Below the pieces are notes generated by a model. It was not told the DNA's origin. It searched no databases and worked only from the letters and a program-made list of their open reading frames with translations. Position numbers and translations under genes: made by a program. Below, one piece after another: positions 62,764 to 64,000 of a stretch of 64,000 bases of DNA. Every line of letters begins with the position of its first letter. The stretch's first letter is position 1. Location: contig CM022677.1 of assembly GCA_012295275.1 (NCBI GenBank), forward strand, positions 15,562,001-15,626,000, written 5' to 3'. Source of the stretch: Chrysomallon squamiferum (lineage: Eukaryota; Animalia; Mollusca).

Positions 62764-62768
62764 TATAC

Positions 62769-62801
<33 letters not shown>

Positions 62802-63075
62802 TCTCTCTCTCACACAGACATATATATATATATACACTCTCTCTCTCACACACACACATATATATATATACACACACTCTCTCTCTCTCTCATTGACTTT
62901 GCAGTAAAGTAATCATTATCTCTAGGTAAAGATTTAAAGCAACTAAGTAAACTTTAGTTTTGACAAAACAGATTAGTTGTGTGTTATCACTAACAATAAC
63001 AAGCTCAAAAGACAGGACAAAAATTTCAAACACGATTTGTAGAAATTCTAACTTTCAGTATACAATCTAGTGATT

Positions 63076-63123
<48 letters not shown>

Positions 63124-64000
63124 TAAAACATACCCTGGCACTGTTGAGAGATTTCTGAAAACATTCTAACACAGACCTGACACATCTCTTGATACCAGAC
63201 TGTTTGTAAGATGTTGCATCATCTGGAAAATAACATAATAATTATAAAATAATAATATTTTTTTTAACGCATTTTAATCATAGACGATGATAACAATTAA
63301 TATCAATAATAACCTTAACAACAACAATAGTAGTAGTAATAGTAGTAATAATACATTAATAGTAAAAATAGGAATAATAACACAACAATAACAGTAATAA
63401 TAATTTACTATATACATTTTGAAAATGATTTTCATCAATTACTGATTATAATATTTGTTAATGAGAAAAAGAAGGAATGAATGTTTTATTCAACAACATG
63501 TATATAGCATCATATTTTTGCTTTTGTATTTAACACGTTTTATGAAGGAATGTGGTAACTATACTGTAGAAAAAAGTGTCATAACGGGAAATACTAATTT
63601 CTTCATTTTCAGAGCATTTATTTTTTCTATTTTTGATGAATAATTATAAGTTTTATATAAAGTCTGAAATTTGAGGTAATTCAAACAAAATGACAATGCA
63701 CATAATAATTAGAATATATATTTTGAAATATTTGAAATTTATAAAGAATTTTCTCCAAATGCTTTCTGCAAAATCCATGCCGGCGGTGAATTTAATTTGG
63801 CCTCGCAAACATCAAAAATAAATGTTAATAATGATATGAAGAAGAAAATGAAAAACAGTAATAATGATTTTAAAAATAATAATAATAAAAATTAAAGCTC
63901 GTAATAGTAGTAATAATAATAATAATAAAAAGAAGATGAAGAAAAAGAAAAACAACATTCCGTGGTAAGAATTTCAGCCAGGACGTGAAGTCTCTCTCTT

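Overview
AT-rich, microsatellite-dense eukaryotic DNA, probably from an invertebrate animal (a mollusc-like host is a guess only). I find no intact full-length host gene; most ORFs in the supplied track are artefacts of simple repeats. The window is a graveyard of decaying sequence. (1) An intronless, disabled prolyl 4-hydroxylase alpha gene (13812-15332, -), with a second, internally deleted inverted fragment near 30.07-30.27 kb. (2) A full-length Buster/Charlie-type hAT transposon (22112-24782) with TIRs and an 8-bp TSD, whose empty pre-insertion site survives in a paralogous segment at 56460. (3) A Tc1 element (54585-56001, -). (4) A KRBA2/SCAND3-type (Ginger2-like) integrase remnant (~39.2-40.0 kb). 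(5) Thrombospondin type-1 exons and other orphan exons. (6) Satellites and minisatellites, plus a network of local direct and inverted duplications. The most interesting element is a ~3.5-kb, CpG-richer, gene-dense island (~32525-36050) that reads as a degraded endogenous ssDNA virus. It runs: Cys-rich ORF tail, acidic 116-codon ORF, frameshifted parvovirus-like capsid gene, AT-rich polyadenylation zone, then a compact promoter and a further spliced gene. I see no terminal hairpin and no Rep/NS1 helicase, which suggests a circularly permuted or concatemeric viral template. All family assignments come from motif recognition by eye, not from database searches.
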